Below are positions 19,265 to 28,346 of a DNA stretch of 48,992 nucleotides, piece by piece. The position numbers were made by a program, and so were the translations under genes. Where the stretch lies: contig RECV01000171.1 of NCBI GenBank assembly GCA_007693845.1, forward strand, positions 1 to 48,992, written 5' to 3'. Position 1 is the stretch's first letter. Every line of letters begins with the position of its first letter. The notes beneath the pieces are model-generated. The model was not told the origin of the DNA. It saw only the letters and a list, made by a program, of their open reading frames with translations, and did not search any database. The stretch comes from Phycisphaerales bacterium (GTDB lineage: Bacteria; Planctomycetota; Phycisphaerae; Phycisphaerales; SM1A02).

Positions 19265-21037
19265 TCACTCGCCCGCAGCAAACCGTCCGGTGTGTTCCAA
19301 CGTGTTGCCCGCATCGTCCTCCGCGCGAAGGCGATAGCTGGCCTCTGCATCCGAGATCCGTTCGATCACGAGGCGGTGCACGAGATGACCCGCCGAGGTT
19401 CGGTCGTGCTCATGCATCAGTAATCGCGCGCCGGTCAACTCAAACTCGACGGATTCTGACTTCAGTCCGTACACCTCGTACTCCAGCCGATTACTTGGTG
19501 GCTGTGATCGCCGCGCGACCGGGCGGCTCCAGTCGTACGGGCCCCATTCCAACATGACGATGTGGTCCCTGCCGCGCAGATGCGTGCGTTGAAATCGTGG
19601 TTCCTTCACGCCCGGCAGACGCGGCGACGGCCAGTCAAACCCGGGAATACTGGGATCCGTCAGACGCCGCACCGTCTCCTGCGTGTGCTCATCCATCACC
19701 ATCATCGTGTCATTTTCAAACTCAAAGAACTCGTTCCCGCGGATCGCCGTGTTGGTGAGGCGGTCGAGGCGCATGCCGATGCCGTCCTCCTCGAACCGGT
19801 TTGAGCCGATCGTGTTGCCGATCGCCTCGGGTGGATTCGCTGCGAACCACGGCAACTCTTCCTTCGGTTCATCCGGATCAGACCAGATCGAAAGCCCGAC
19901 CGGATTCCGTTTGAACCAGGTCTGCCGAATGTGATTCTCCGAACCGTTGCTGAGGGCGACCCCGGCCTGTGTTTGGCTGTCCATCGGCATGTCGCCGTTG
20001 GATTCCAGTTCGTTGCGCATGATGACCGAGCCGTGGACGTACCTCCCGCGGACGCCGGCGATGGCGTTTCGGTTGATCTGGTTGCGCAGAATCATCGTGC
20101 CGCGGCAGAACGAAAGATCGACACCATACGTGATCGCATCGGAAATTTCATTGAGCAGCAGCGCATTCTCATTCGAGCCGCGCTGCGCGTACCAGTCCGC
20201 ATCATCCCGGGGGTTGGTTCGGCCGACCGCTTCATCACCCGCATCGCAGATGATGCCCGCGCCGCCGTGCGTCAGCGAGTTGATCGCGACCACGTTCTCC
20301 GAGGACTGTTCGGTGAGCAGGACCGCTGCAGCACCGTGTGCGCGGTTGTAGATCCGGTGACTGTATCCTCGCACACAGAAATCAAACGCGTTATGGCTGA
20401 TCGTGTTCCCCGTGCTGCGCCAGAGCGCAATGCCCCAGCCGGAGAGAAATGAAGCGTCGTTGTCGTACACCCATGAGTCATGCACGCGATCGAACAGGAT
20501 GCCGTTCTGCGTTTCGCGCACTCGGACGTTGCGAATCGTCACGCCGCTTGAATCCTGCACGACGATCCCGCCGCCGTATCGCTTCATCCACTCGCCATCA
20601 TCGTTCTGCTGCCGATCGAGTCGGTCGCGATCATCCTGACGCCACGGCTTCGAGTGCAGCCGCTGGCGGAAATTGTCGCGCAGCGTCACACCATCGATGG
20701 TCAATCCATCCGCCCCGTGGGCATGAACGCCCACCTTGTATCCGCTGATCGTTCCGCCGCGCAGCGTGACATCCTCGCCGGTGATCACGATCCCGATGCC
20801 GGTCATCTCATCGGGATCGGTGTCCGCATCCGCGCCGCGCAGCACGGCATCATCATCCAGTTCGATGGTGAGCCCGTCGCCGATGATGCGGATGGCGCCC
20901 CGGCCGTCCGGATCGGCGAGCGTCTCCGCGGTGATCTTCACCCGGCTGCTCTCGCGGATTTCAAACGGTGCACGATTGACCTCCACCACCGGCAGCCCCG
21001 CCCACAGCAGCAAAGCGGCCAGCCATGTCGCGCTCAT
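19265..21037 (-). CDS. Secreted right-handed parallel beta-helix repeat protein
   Basis: Signal peptide MSATWLAALLLWAGLP and repetitive beta-helix-like segments (…NVRVRETQNGILFD… NAIAGVRGRYVHGSVIMRNE…). Confidence 0.7.
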   Translation of the reverse strand: MSATWLAALLLWAGLPVVEVNRAPFEIRESSRVKITAETLADPDGRGAIRIIGDGLTIELDDDAVLRGADADTDPDEMTGIGIVITGEDVTLRGGTISGYKVGVHAHGADGLTIDGVTLRDNFRQRLHSKPWRQDDRDRLDRQQNDDGEWMKRYGGGIVVQDSSGVTIRNVRVRETQNGILFDRVHDSWVYDNDASFLSGWGIALWRSTGNTISHNAFDFCVRGYSHRIYNRAHGAAAVLLTEQSSENVVAINSLTHGGAGIICDAGDEAVGRTNPRDDADWYAQRGSNENALLLNEISDAITYGVDLSFCRGTMILRNQINRNAIAGVRGRYVHGSVIMRNELESNGDMPMDSQTQAGVALSNGSENHIRQTWFKRNPVGLSIWSDPDEPKEELPWFAANPPEAIGNTIGSNRFEEDGIGMRLDRLTNTAIRGNEFFEFENDTMMVMDEHTQETVRRLTDPSIPGFDWPSPRLPGVKEPRFQRTHLRGRDHIVMLEWGPYDWSRPVARRSQPPSNRLEYEVYGLKSESVEFELTGARLLMHEHDRTSAGHLVHRLVIERISDAEASYRLRAEDDAGNTLEHTGRFAAGE

Positions 21038-21081
21038 GCTCGATCCTTTCCGGGGTCGTCACCCCTGATGATGAAAATCGT

Positions 21082-21648
21082 TCAGGTATCCTCGATCTCA
21101 GCGCACTTCTTGTCGCACATCTCATCAATCTTCTTCGTGTGCTCTTTGGTCAACTCATCCACTTCCTCGTGCGCGCCCTTGCCTTCATCTTCGGAAATGT
21201 GATTCGACTTGTCTTTCACGATCTGATCGATCTTCTTGTTCGCATCCCGCCGCTCATTGCGAATGGCGATCCGCGCTTCCTCCGCCATCTTCTTGACCTG
21301 ACCCATGAGCTGCTTTCGGCGTTCTTCCGACGGGGCGGGCACATTGATGCGAATCGTGCCGCCTTCGACCATCGGGTTCAGCCCGAGGTCCGCCGTCTCG
21401 ATCGCCTTCACGATTTCGCCCTTGACGCTCGGGTCGAACGGCTTGACCAGCAGTTGCGTCGGCTCCGGGATGCTGACGGACGCCAGCTCACGCAGGTCCG
21501 TATGGTTGCCGTAGTAATCGATCTTCACATAGTCGATCAGCGCGGTGGTCGCCCGGCCGGTGCGAATGCCCCGCATCTCCCGGTCGAAGTACTCGATCGT
21601 CCTCTTCATCTGCTCGCGGCAGTCTCGAATCACGGTATCCAGCGGCAT
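21082..21648 (-). CDS. frr: Ribosome recycling factor
   Basis: 188-aa C-terminal portion of the track ORF matches RRF end-to-end (…IRTGRATTALIDYVKIDYYG…LTEERRK…AIRNERRDANKK). Start MPLDTV (rc ATG 21646-21648). Confidence 0.93.
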   Translation of the reverse strand: MPLDTVIRDCREQMKRTIEYFDREMRGIRTGRATTALIDYVKIDYYGNHTDLRELASVSIPEPTQLLVKPFDPSVKGEIVKAIETADLGLNPMVEGGTIRINVPAPSEERRKQLMGQVKKMAEEARIAIRNERRDANKKIDQIVKDKSNHISEDEGKGAHEEVDELTKEHTKKIDEMCDKKCAEIEDT

Positions 21649-21764
21649 CGTGAGAATCTCCCAAACAGTGCGGTCACAAGAAACAGGCCGCGCATGATAC
21701 ACGCTGAACCCGCCCCGCGGGGCTGTTTCGCCCGCCGAACCGCCCCCGGGCTCGGCACCGGTGC

Positions 21765-22736
21765 TCAGCCCTCCGTCAACTCCGGCCGCGGCTGCGGGTG
21801 ATTCCAGCGTTGCCAGAGACGGACCAAGTCCGGGTCGGCATCGTCGGTGAAGGAGAGGGTCAGGTGACCGGCTTCTCCGATCATCGTCACGATCAACGGG
21901 CCGGAGGTTTCCGTGCACTTGACGAGCATGACCGCGTCGTCCACGGTCCAGCGGCGCTGCTTCCGGTCCGTGACGGTTCCGAGGCCGACGACGGTTTCGC
22001 GGTGATCCATGCGGAACAGGCGCGTGGTATCGCGCACTTCGGGCAGTTGCAGCGCGATGATTGCCGCAAGGACTAGCGCCAGCCACCACGTGCCGAGCCA
22101 GAGCAGGTACACCGCAACCACGATGACAATCCCAATCGCGATCTTGAGGCGCGCTCGCGGCTTGCTGCCGCTTTCAAGAATCCCTTCCGGTTCGAGCATG
22201 TGTTCCGGCAGCGGAATACGACGAAGCGAGGGGCGGGCCTGTTCGTCGATGATGGTTCGCGGCCGCGGGATCGAGCAAGAATCGAGCGCTTCGATGAAAC
22301 TCCGCCAGGTCCACAGGCGCGGCGGGCCGAGAAGGCGAAAACGCCGCTGGCGCTCCAGTTCAAACACGACCTCAACCGCCCGGGGGTCGCCGGTAAACGG
22401 GAGCGAAGGTGGCAGCGGACTCCAGCCGGCCGGGCGTGCGGTTGACCGTTCGTCGATGCGCTTGGTGAAGCGGGCCCAACAGAGCGGAGCAAGAATGACG
22501 AAGTGGAAGATGAGGATGCCCACCCCCCCGGAGATGGCTTGAATCAAGTCACCAGAGACAAAGTAAGTAGAAGCGAAAAATGCTGCGATGAAGACAACGA
22601 TGGCGACTGGACTTTGCAGGTCTTCCCCCACATGCAAAGGCAGCCGCCCGGCCGCAATGTACGGACACTCCGAGTTGGAAGCGCGGGTCTGATCCTCCAC
22701 GCCATGCACGATAAAGCACCAGGCCGGGACGACCAA
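21765..22736 (-). CDS. Hypothetical membrane protein with C-terminal PH-like region (start uncertain)
   Basis: Multiple TM helices (…IAIGIVIVVAVYLLWLGTWWLALVLAAIIAL…). No recognisable family. Confidence 0.4.
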   Translation of the reverse strand: MVVPAWCFIVHGVEDQTRASNSECPYIAAGRLPLHVGEDLQSPVAIVVFIAAFFASTYFVSGDLIQAISGGVGILIFHFVILAPLCWARFTKRIDERSTARPAGWSPLPPSLPFTGDPRAVEVVFELERQRRFRLLGPPRLWTWRSFIEALDSCSIPRPRTIIDEQARPSLRRIPLPEHMLEPEGILESGSKPRARLKIAIGIVIVVAVYLLWLGTWWLALVLAAIIALQLPEVRDTTRLFRMDHRETVVGLGTVTDRKQRRWTVDDAVMLVKCTETSGPLIVTMIGEAGHLTLSFTDDADPDLVRLWQRWNHPQPRPELTEG

Positions 22737-23046
22737 GTCGCAGTGTCAGTGTCCTCCTGCTCGCCGCCGCCGGACGCGATCATCAAGTGCACCGGCAATG
22801 ACCACGGCAGCCGGCTTTGCTCTACCCACCTCGCCATTGCATCCGGCCTCGGCTTCGCTATCTTGCTCTCACAATGATGCCCGGCTTCTACGAATCGCTC
22901 CTCCTGATTCTCATCTTCTTCGGCCCGCTCTTGGCCGCCGCGATGATCGTGCTTCTCGTGTTTCTTGTGCTGCGATTATTGAAGAAGGAGCGGAAGGGAT
23001 GAGTTACGCGGCCGTTCTGCCGCGAGCAGGGAAGAGGCTCGGAAAG

Positions 23047-23103
23047 TGTGCTACGCCGCGAGCGGCGTGCGACCGGCGCGCATCTCGCCGCTTGCGGCGT
23101 AGC
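23047..23103. repeat. REP-like imperfect palindrome, left flank of the RAYT gene
   Basis: GCTACGCCGCGAGCGGCG (23050-23067), 18-nt loop, CGCCGCTTGCGGCGTAGC (23086-23103). 17/18 complementary. Confidence 0.55.
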
Positions 23104-23132
23104 GCGGGTTGAATCTACCATTGACCGCCGTC

Positions 23133-23783
23133 ATGGCACGGCCCATCGTCATCGCGCACCACCTGATCTGGACGGTGTACGGCTGGTGGCTGCCCAACGA
23201 TCCGCGCGGCAGCACATCACGAACGGTCGCGTCAGATCGACTCGCAGCGCTGGGTGAATTGCACTTCGGACGGAAGAAAATCCAGCCGCAATCGCGCGAT
23301 GTGCGCGCGTTTTATGAACGGGCCGCGAAGGAACTCAAGCATCCGCTCCTGGAGATTCGCGATGACGCGGTTGATCTTGTCGCGGATTCATTTGCCGAAG
23401 TGATTGCGGAGCAGAAGTACACGTGTTATGCGTGCGCGATCATGCCGGATCATGTTCACATTCTGATTCGCAAACATAAGCATCGCGCGGAAGAGATGAT
23501 TGATCTCTTGCAGAACGCTTCGCGCTGGGCGCTGATCGAGGCGGGTCTGCGGCCGTCGGATCATCCGGTGTGGACGGGCGGTGGGGGATGGACGGTTTTT
23601 CTTGATCATCCCGATGAGGTTGAGCGGACGATTCCGTACATTGAGCAGAATCCGTTGAAGATCGGTTTACCGCGGCAGGTGTGGCCGTTCGTGGCGGTGT
23701 ACGACCGGTGGCCGTTGCATGAGGGGCATAGTGAGAATTCGCCGTATGTGAAGCGGTTGCGCGCGGCGGGGCGGTATCCGTGA
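23133..23783 (+). CDS. REP-associated tyrosine transposase (IS200/IS605 TnpA-like, Y1 HuH)
   Basis: HHLIWTVYGWW…PDHVHILI (HuH) …conserved Y. Flanked on both sides by copies of GTGCTACGCCGCGAGCGGCG palindromic elements. Confidence 0.8.
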   Translation: MARPIVIAHHLIWTVYGWWLPNDPRGSTSRTVASDRLAALGELHFGRKKIQPQSRDVRAFYERAAKELKHPLLEIRDDAVDLVADSFAEVIAEQKYTCYACAIMPDHVHILIRKHKHRAEEMIDLLQNASRWALIEAGLRPSDHPVWTGGGGWTVFLDHPDEVERTIPYIEQNPLKIGLPRQVWPFVAVYDRWPLHEGHSENSPYVKRLRAAGRYP

Positions 23784-23791
23784 GATCGTGC

Positions 23792-23829
23792 GCGTGCTAC
23801 GCCGCGAGCGGCGGCCGCTTGCGGCTTAG
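23792..23829. repeat. REP-like palindrome, right flank of the RAYT gene
   Basis: GCTACGCCGCGAGCGGCG|GCCGCTTGCGGCTTAGC, near-perfect inverted repeat centred at ~23812. Confidence 0.5.
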
Positions 23830-23902
23830 CGCACGTTAGTTCCAGATTCCCTCAGTTCGTCACCAACGTTCCCCCGCCGGACAGGGCGAGGGGCAGCATT
23901 AC

Positions 23903-24130
23903 TCACGCCGCATCAAGGGCGGCGTAGACCTTACCTTGCTGCTTGAGCCATTCCACGTCGCCGCGATCGGCGCGCTGTTCAATCTCGCGCAGGAGCTCGA
24001 CCGTCTCCGGCTCGTAGCATGGCTCAGACGGATCGGCATCAGGAATCACAGCATCGACTTCCACGACGACAACATACTTGTCCGTGCGGACCATGCGCGT
24101 GCGTCGAACTCGTTTGCCGGGAATACTCAT
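23903..24130 (-). CDS. Small hypothetical protein immediately downstream of the DUF4258-like gene (possible antitoxin partner)
   Basis: 75-aa ORF separated by 5 nt from the upstream gene on the same strand. Confidence 0.4.
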   Translation of the reverse strand: MSIPGKRVRRTRMVRTDKYVVVVEVDAVIPDADPSEPCYEPETVELLREIEQRADRGDVEWLKQQGKVYAALDAA

Positions 24131-24135
24131 GATCG

Positions 24136-24420
24136 CTACTCGTCCAAGAAGTGTACGGTTACCAGCTTCGCATAGTCAATCTCACGCATGTACGACCACA
24201 CGACAAGGACTTCGGTTCCATCGGCCAGTAGCTGCGTGACCTCAACGGACGGATTCGGCTGCGTGCGCGGGCGTTCACGCTGAAGGGCGGCGTTTTGAAT
24301 GCCGTCAACGATCTGCCATTCGAGGATTCGTCGCTCGTCCAGGCGCTCCACCGCATGATGGCCGACGACATAGCGGTTGGCCTCCACGAGTTGCTTGATC
24401 TTCTGAAAGAGTTGGCCCAC
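24136..24420 (-). CDS. DUF4258-family (toxin-like) protein
   Basis: YVVGHHAVERLDERRI matches the characteristic HAxERMxERGI signature of the DUF4258 family. 94 aa. Confidence 0.55.
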   Translation of the reverse strand: MGQLFQKIKQLVEANRYVVGHHAVERLDERRILEWQIVDGIQNAALQRERPRTQPNPSVEVTQLLADGTEVLVVWSYMREIDYAKLVTVHFLDE

Positions 24421-24430
24421 GCGTAGCCCC

Positions 24431-25189
24431 TCAATTGGTCACCAACGTGCCCACACGCTCGCCCGTCACGACCCTGCGGATGTTGCCCTTCTTCTTGAAA
24501 TCGAACACGATCACCGGCAGGTTGCGTTCCATGCACATTGACAGGGCGGTCAGGTCCATCACGCCGAGCTGTTTTTCGATCGCTACGGCGAAGGTGAGCT
24601 GATCGTACCGTGTCGCGCTGGCATCCTTCCGCGGGTCGGCGGAATAGACGCCATCGACCTTGGTCGCTTTGAGGACGATGTCCGCGTTGAGCTCCGCCCC
24701 GCGCAGTGCAGCGCAGGTGTCGGTCGTGAAGAACGGGTTGCCGGTGCCGGCCGCGAGAATGAGCACGCGGCCTTTCTCAAAATGTCGCAGGGCGCGGGCG
24801 CGGATGAAAGGTTCAGCCACGGCGGGAATGTCGATCGCGCTCATGAGGCGGGCGGGCTGGCCGAGATTCTCGATCGCTTCGCGCAGGGCGACGCCGTTGA
24901 TGACGGTGCCGAGCATGCCCATGTAATCGGCGTTGGATTGCGCGATGGTGCCGGTCTCCGCGAGCTGGCCGCCGCGAATGATGTTGCCCCCGCCGACGAC
25001 GATGGCGATCTGCGGGCGGCTGGACGCGTCGGGATTATCCGCGTCGCCGCTTCGCACGGCATCGACGATTTCCTGCGCGATGAGGCCGAGCTCATCGGGA
25101 TCGATACCGAATTCGCCGGGCTTGCTGAAGCTTTCGCCGCTGATTTTGAGAATGATTCGACGGTACTGCTGGTGTGGGGCGTCCGGCAT
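24431..25189 (-). CDS. pyrH: UMP kinase
   Basis: RIILKISGESF…IVVGGGNIIRG…GTGNPFFTTDT motifs. Start MPDAPHQQ (rc ATG 25187-25189). Confidence 0.93.
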   Translation of the reverse strand: MPDAPHQQYRRIILKISGESFSKPGEFGIDPDELGLIAQEIVDAVRSGDADNPDASSRPQIAIVVGGGNIIRGGQLAETGTIAQSNADYMGMLGTVINGVALREAIENLGQPARLMSAIDIPAVAEPFIRARALRHFEKGRVLILAAGTGNPFFTTDTCAALRGAELNADIVLKATKVDGVYSADPRKDASATRYDQLTFAVAIEKQLGVMDLTALSMCMERNLPVIVFDFKKKGNIRRVVTGERVGTLVTN

Positions 25190-25364
25190 GATTGAGCGAT
25201 TCCTCCGATGACTGGCGTCATTGGACTGTCCGTTGCGCGATCGGTCAAGGGCGTTCGCACGCAAATCGGTGGTTCATGGTCCGGTCCCGCCCGAACGATC
25301 ATGCTCCCGGCGTATACTGCCAGCGCGAGTGCGGAACTTCCCAGCCGCGGAGACGTATCAGTTC

Positions 25365-26360
25365 ATGGTGTCACCGACCCCGCCGACAACTTCGCCGAAG
25401 CTGGACGAGCTGCGCAAACAGGTGCAGTTATTGCGGCAGACGGTCCATCGCTTGACCGTGGAGCGGGAGATGCGGTCGCGCAAACGCCGACGCCGCCTGC
25501 TGGCGACCGGCCTCGCGGTCTCGGTGTTTTTTCACCTCGCACTGCTGGTGTATTTCGCGATGATGTCCCGCGCGGGTGATGGTCCGGGCGGGCCTGCTGC
25601 GGATGAGTATCAATTTGCGCTGGTTTTCGATGAGACGCTGACCACGGCGGATACGAGCGGGCTGGACGAACTCGATCTCGATCCCAGCGAGGAGTTGCTC
25701 TCGGAATTGACGGACGCCAGCGACGATGCGTTGGCCGACGCCCCGGCAGCGGCAGATCTCTCCGCCGAGGGCGTGGGCGCGATCGAAACGCTGGGCGGTG
25801 CCGGCGATGGCAGCGCGGGCGGCACGCTCGCCGGTGGGGCGGGGACGAGCTACTTCGGCATTGAAGCGGAAGGCAGCCGGTTCCTCTACATCGTTGATCG
25901 CTCGGGCTCGATGATGTTCGCGCAGCGGATGGAGATCGCCATGCGCGAGCTGCGCGAGTCGGTTGAATCTCTGCCCGACTACACGTCGTTCCAGGTGATC
26001 TTCTTTTCATCGAATCTGCTCGAGCCGGACTTCCAGCGCGGCTGGGCGCGGGCGACGGCCGCGAACATTCGGCGTTACCTCAGTTGGTTCGATCGTGTCG
26101 ATCCGGGTGGCGGAACGATCCCCCGGCCGGCGTTTCTGCTGGCGTTTGAGATGCGGCCGAGGCCGGATGTGATCTTCTTCATGACCGACGGCATTATTCC
26201 CGATCTCAGCGCGGAGGAAATCAACGACATCAATCAGCGCGGCGATCGCGTGGTGATTCACACGATTGCCTTCGGCGATCAGGGCAGCGAAGAACTGCTG
26301 CGGCGGATCGCTCGCGATTCCGGTGGGCAGTACCGGTACATTCCCGATGGAGGACGCTGA
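25365..26360 (+). CDS. Membrane-anchored von Willebrand factor A (vWA) domain protein with acidic/Gly-rich linker
   Basis: TM helix LLATGLAVSVFFHLALLVYFAMM. Low-complexity D/E/A/G region. MIDAS motif DRSGSM. ATG at 25365. Confidence 0.75.
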   Translation: MVSPTPPTTSPKLDELRKQVQLLRQTVHRLTVEREMRSRKRRRRLLATGLAVSVFFHLALLVYFAMMSRAGDGPGGPAADEYQFALVFDETLTTADTSGLDELDLDPSEELLSELTDASDDALADAPAAADLSAEGVGAIETLGGAGDGSAGGTLAGGAGTSYFGIEAEGSRFLYIVDRSGSMMFAQRMEIAMRELRESVESLPDYTSFQVIFFSSNLLEPDFQRGWARATAANIRRYLSWFDRVDPGGGTIPRPAFLLAFEMRPRPDVIFFMTDGIIPDLSAEEINDINQRGDRVVIHTIAFGDQGSEELLRRIARDSGGQYRYIPDGGR

Positions 26361-26361
26361 G

Positions 26362-27549
26362 ATGGCGGCAACCGGCCGGATCATCCTCGCATCGGTGTCG
26401 GCATTCATGTTACTCATTTTGCTGATTTTCGCATCAGTCGTCATCGCGGGAGCATCGATTGCTCACGCTGAATCCAGCGCGATCGGATTGAAAGTTGAAC
26501 CGGATCGAATCGAGCGCCGGTTCGGCCTGCCGCCGCAGACGGGCCGGATCACGCTGATGGATGATGAGGGACTCGTGATCCGGGAAGCCGATGGTGCGAG
26601 CACGACGGTGAGGTGGGATCGAGTGCGTGAGGTTCACCAGGAGCGGCCTGATCCTCGGCTTGAGTCGTGGCTGGCGCAGGGGGAACGAATGTGGCGGGCG
26701 CGAATTCGTCTGGAACGCGGCGACGTGGTGATGGCCGAGCCGCTACTCCGGGAACTCTTTGAACAAACACGCGGCCAGTCCCATGCGGGGGCGCGCCTGG
26801 TGGCGGAAGGCCTGTTGCGCTGCCGACTGGTGCGAGGCGAGCAGGCCGGCGCGGTGCTGCCCGCGCTGGAGGTGATCCGGCTGCATCGGGCGGGGATCGA
26901 GTCCGATGCGTATCGCGCCCTGCCCGCCGTTCTGGATGAGAAGCACGAACTGGTGCCCGCGCTGCCGCCGGTCTGGCAAGCGGCGGCGGGTGATCTCGCG
27001 CTGGTCAGCGAACTGGAGCAGTACGATGCGCAGGGCGATGCGGTGGTCGCGCAACTGGCGTTACGGTACCGTCAGATCGCAGCGCGGCAGGCGGGGCATG
27101 TCATTGATGCGCCGCCCGCACGTTCGAGTGCAGCAGACTCGGCGCAGCATCCGGGGCTGCAACTCGTGCAGTTGCTCGTCGATGCACACGATGGCGATTC
27201 GACACGTCGCGAAGAATCGAGACGGGTCATGAAACAGCAGATGGAGCAAGCGGACGGCTGGGTCGAAGCGTGGCTTCGTTTTCATCTGGGCAGCAGTCTG
27301 CTTGAGGAGGAAGGCGTCGGCCGGAAGCAGCGGGGATTGGTCGCCCTGATCCATCTGCCCGCGCGTTTTTCGGGCCTGCAGCCGTATCTGGCCGGCCTCG
27401 CATTGGATCGCGCCCGCGAAGGCGCGGAGAAACTGAACATGAATGAACTGGCAGACCGGTTGCGGGTTGAACTCGAACGAAACTGGTCGAACCATCCGAT
27501 TCGTCGAACGACGGAGCGGGGACGAACGCGCATCGGGAGCGCACATTGA
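26362..27549 (+). CDS. Hypothetical exported/anchored protein (operon member)
   Basis: N-terminal hydrophobic segment IILASVSAFMLLILLIFASVVIAGASIAHA. Starts 2 nt after the vWA stop. Its stop overlaps the exbB start (ATGA). Confidence 0.6.
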   Translation: MAATGRIILASVSAFMLLILLIFASVVIAGASIAHAESSAIGLKVEPDRIERRFGLPPQTGRITLMDDEGLVIREADGASTTVRWDRVREVHQERPDPRLESWLAQGERMWRARIRLERGDVVMAEPLLRELFEQTRGQSHAGARLVAEGLLRCRLVRGEQAGAVLPALEVIRLHRAGIESDAYRALPAVLDEKHELVPALPPVWQAAAGDLALVSELEQYDAQGDAVVAQLALRYRQIAARQAGHVIDAPPARSSAADSAQHPGLQLVQLLVDAHDGDSTRREESRRVMKQQMEQADGWVEAWLRFHLGSSLLEEEGVGRKQRGLVALIHLPARFSGLQPYLAGLALDRAREGAEKLNMNELADRLRVELERNWSNHPIRRTTERGRTRIGSAH

Positions 27550-28343
27550 AGGAATCGACCATGGACGCGGCAGCCGAAGCCGGCCGGCGCTTTGACTTGA
27601 CACTTCAGGAAGGACCATTGATGGGGATGATCGAAGCAATCCCAATGAACCTGATCTTGGCGGAGACCCGCGAGGCGGGCATGACCTGGCTGGAAACGAT
27701 TCAGCGCGGCGGGCCGGTCGGATATCTCATCCTGGTGATGAGCGTGGCGGCTTTGGCGTTGATCATCATGCACTTCGTCCAGATCAGGCGGGTCGCCTTG
27801 TTGCCGCCGGATCAGTTGACCGCGCTTGATGATCTGCTGCGCCGCGGCGATGTCGGGGGCGCGCTCGAGTTCTGCCTCAACCCCGAGCATGATTCCTACC
27901 TCGTGCGCATTCTGTCCTCGGGGCTGACGCGGTTTCAGAAGTCGGCGTTCGGCGCGTTTGAAATCAAGAACGCGATCGAGGAAGCGGGTGAAGATCAGAC
28001 CTCGCGGCTGTACCGTTCCACGGACGCGATCGGCGTGATCGGCAACATCGCGCCGCTGCTGGGTTTGCTCGGGACGGTCGTCGGCATGGTCGGCGCGTTC
28101 GAGGCGATCGGCCAGACCGGCGCGGCCCGGCACGAAGAACTGGCCGGCAGCATCAGTCTCGCGCTGATCACCACGCTCATGGGGCTCACCCTCGCCATTC
28201 CGTGTATCGCGCTGCACACGTTCTTCCGCAACCGAATTGACACGTTCGCCTCCGAAGCCGCGATGGAGATCGAACGGCTGACGCTGCATCTTGAATCAAG
28301 CGGTTCCGGTCAGCCCGCCGCACCGGGACAGGGAGCGCGTTGA
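27546..28343 (+). CDS. exbB: MotA/TolQ/ExbB-family proton channel
   Basis: Three TM helices with the conserved …GLLGTVVGMVGAFEAIG…LALITTLMGLTLAIPCI… core. Confidence 0.85.
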   Translation: MKESTMDAAAEAGRRFDLTLQEGPLMGMIEAIPMNLILAETREAGMTWLETIQRGGPVGYLILVMSVAALALIIMHFVQIRRVALLPPDQLTALDDLLRRGDVGGALEFCLNPEHDSYLVRILSSGLTRFQKSAFGAFEIKNAIEEAGEDQTSRLYRSTDAIGVIGNIAPLLGLLGTVVGMVGAFEAIGQTGAARHEELAGSISLALITTLMGLTLAIPCIALHTFFRNRIDTFASEAAMEIERLTLHLESSGSGQPAAPGQGAR

Positions 28344-28346
28344 CGC

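Larger units (their letters stand above)
23047..23829 (+). mobile_element. RAYT/REP unit (domesticated IS200-like transposase with flanking REP hairpins)
   Basis: Transposase ORF bracketed by a 20-bp direct repeat, GTGCTACGCCGCGAGCGGCG, at 23047-23067 and 23792-23812. Each repeat is part of a palindrome. Confidence 0.6.

Noticed and set aside
22009-22542. 177-aa plus-strand ORF and 139-aa minus ORF between frr and the RAYT
   Set aside because: They overlap the better-supported multi-TM ORF 21765–22736 on the opposite strand or frame. Their composition is Arg/Ser-rich.
24583-25302. ORFs antisense to or overlapping pyrH (65, 88, 137, 153 aa)
   Set aside because: They are contained within the high-confidence pyrH coding region and have low-complexity translations.
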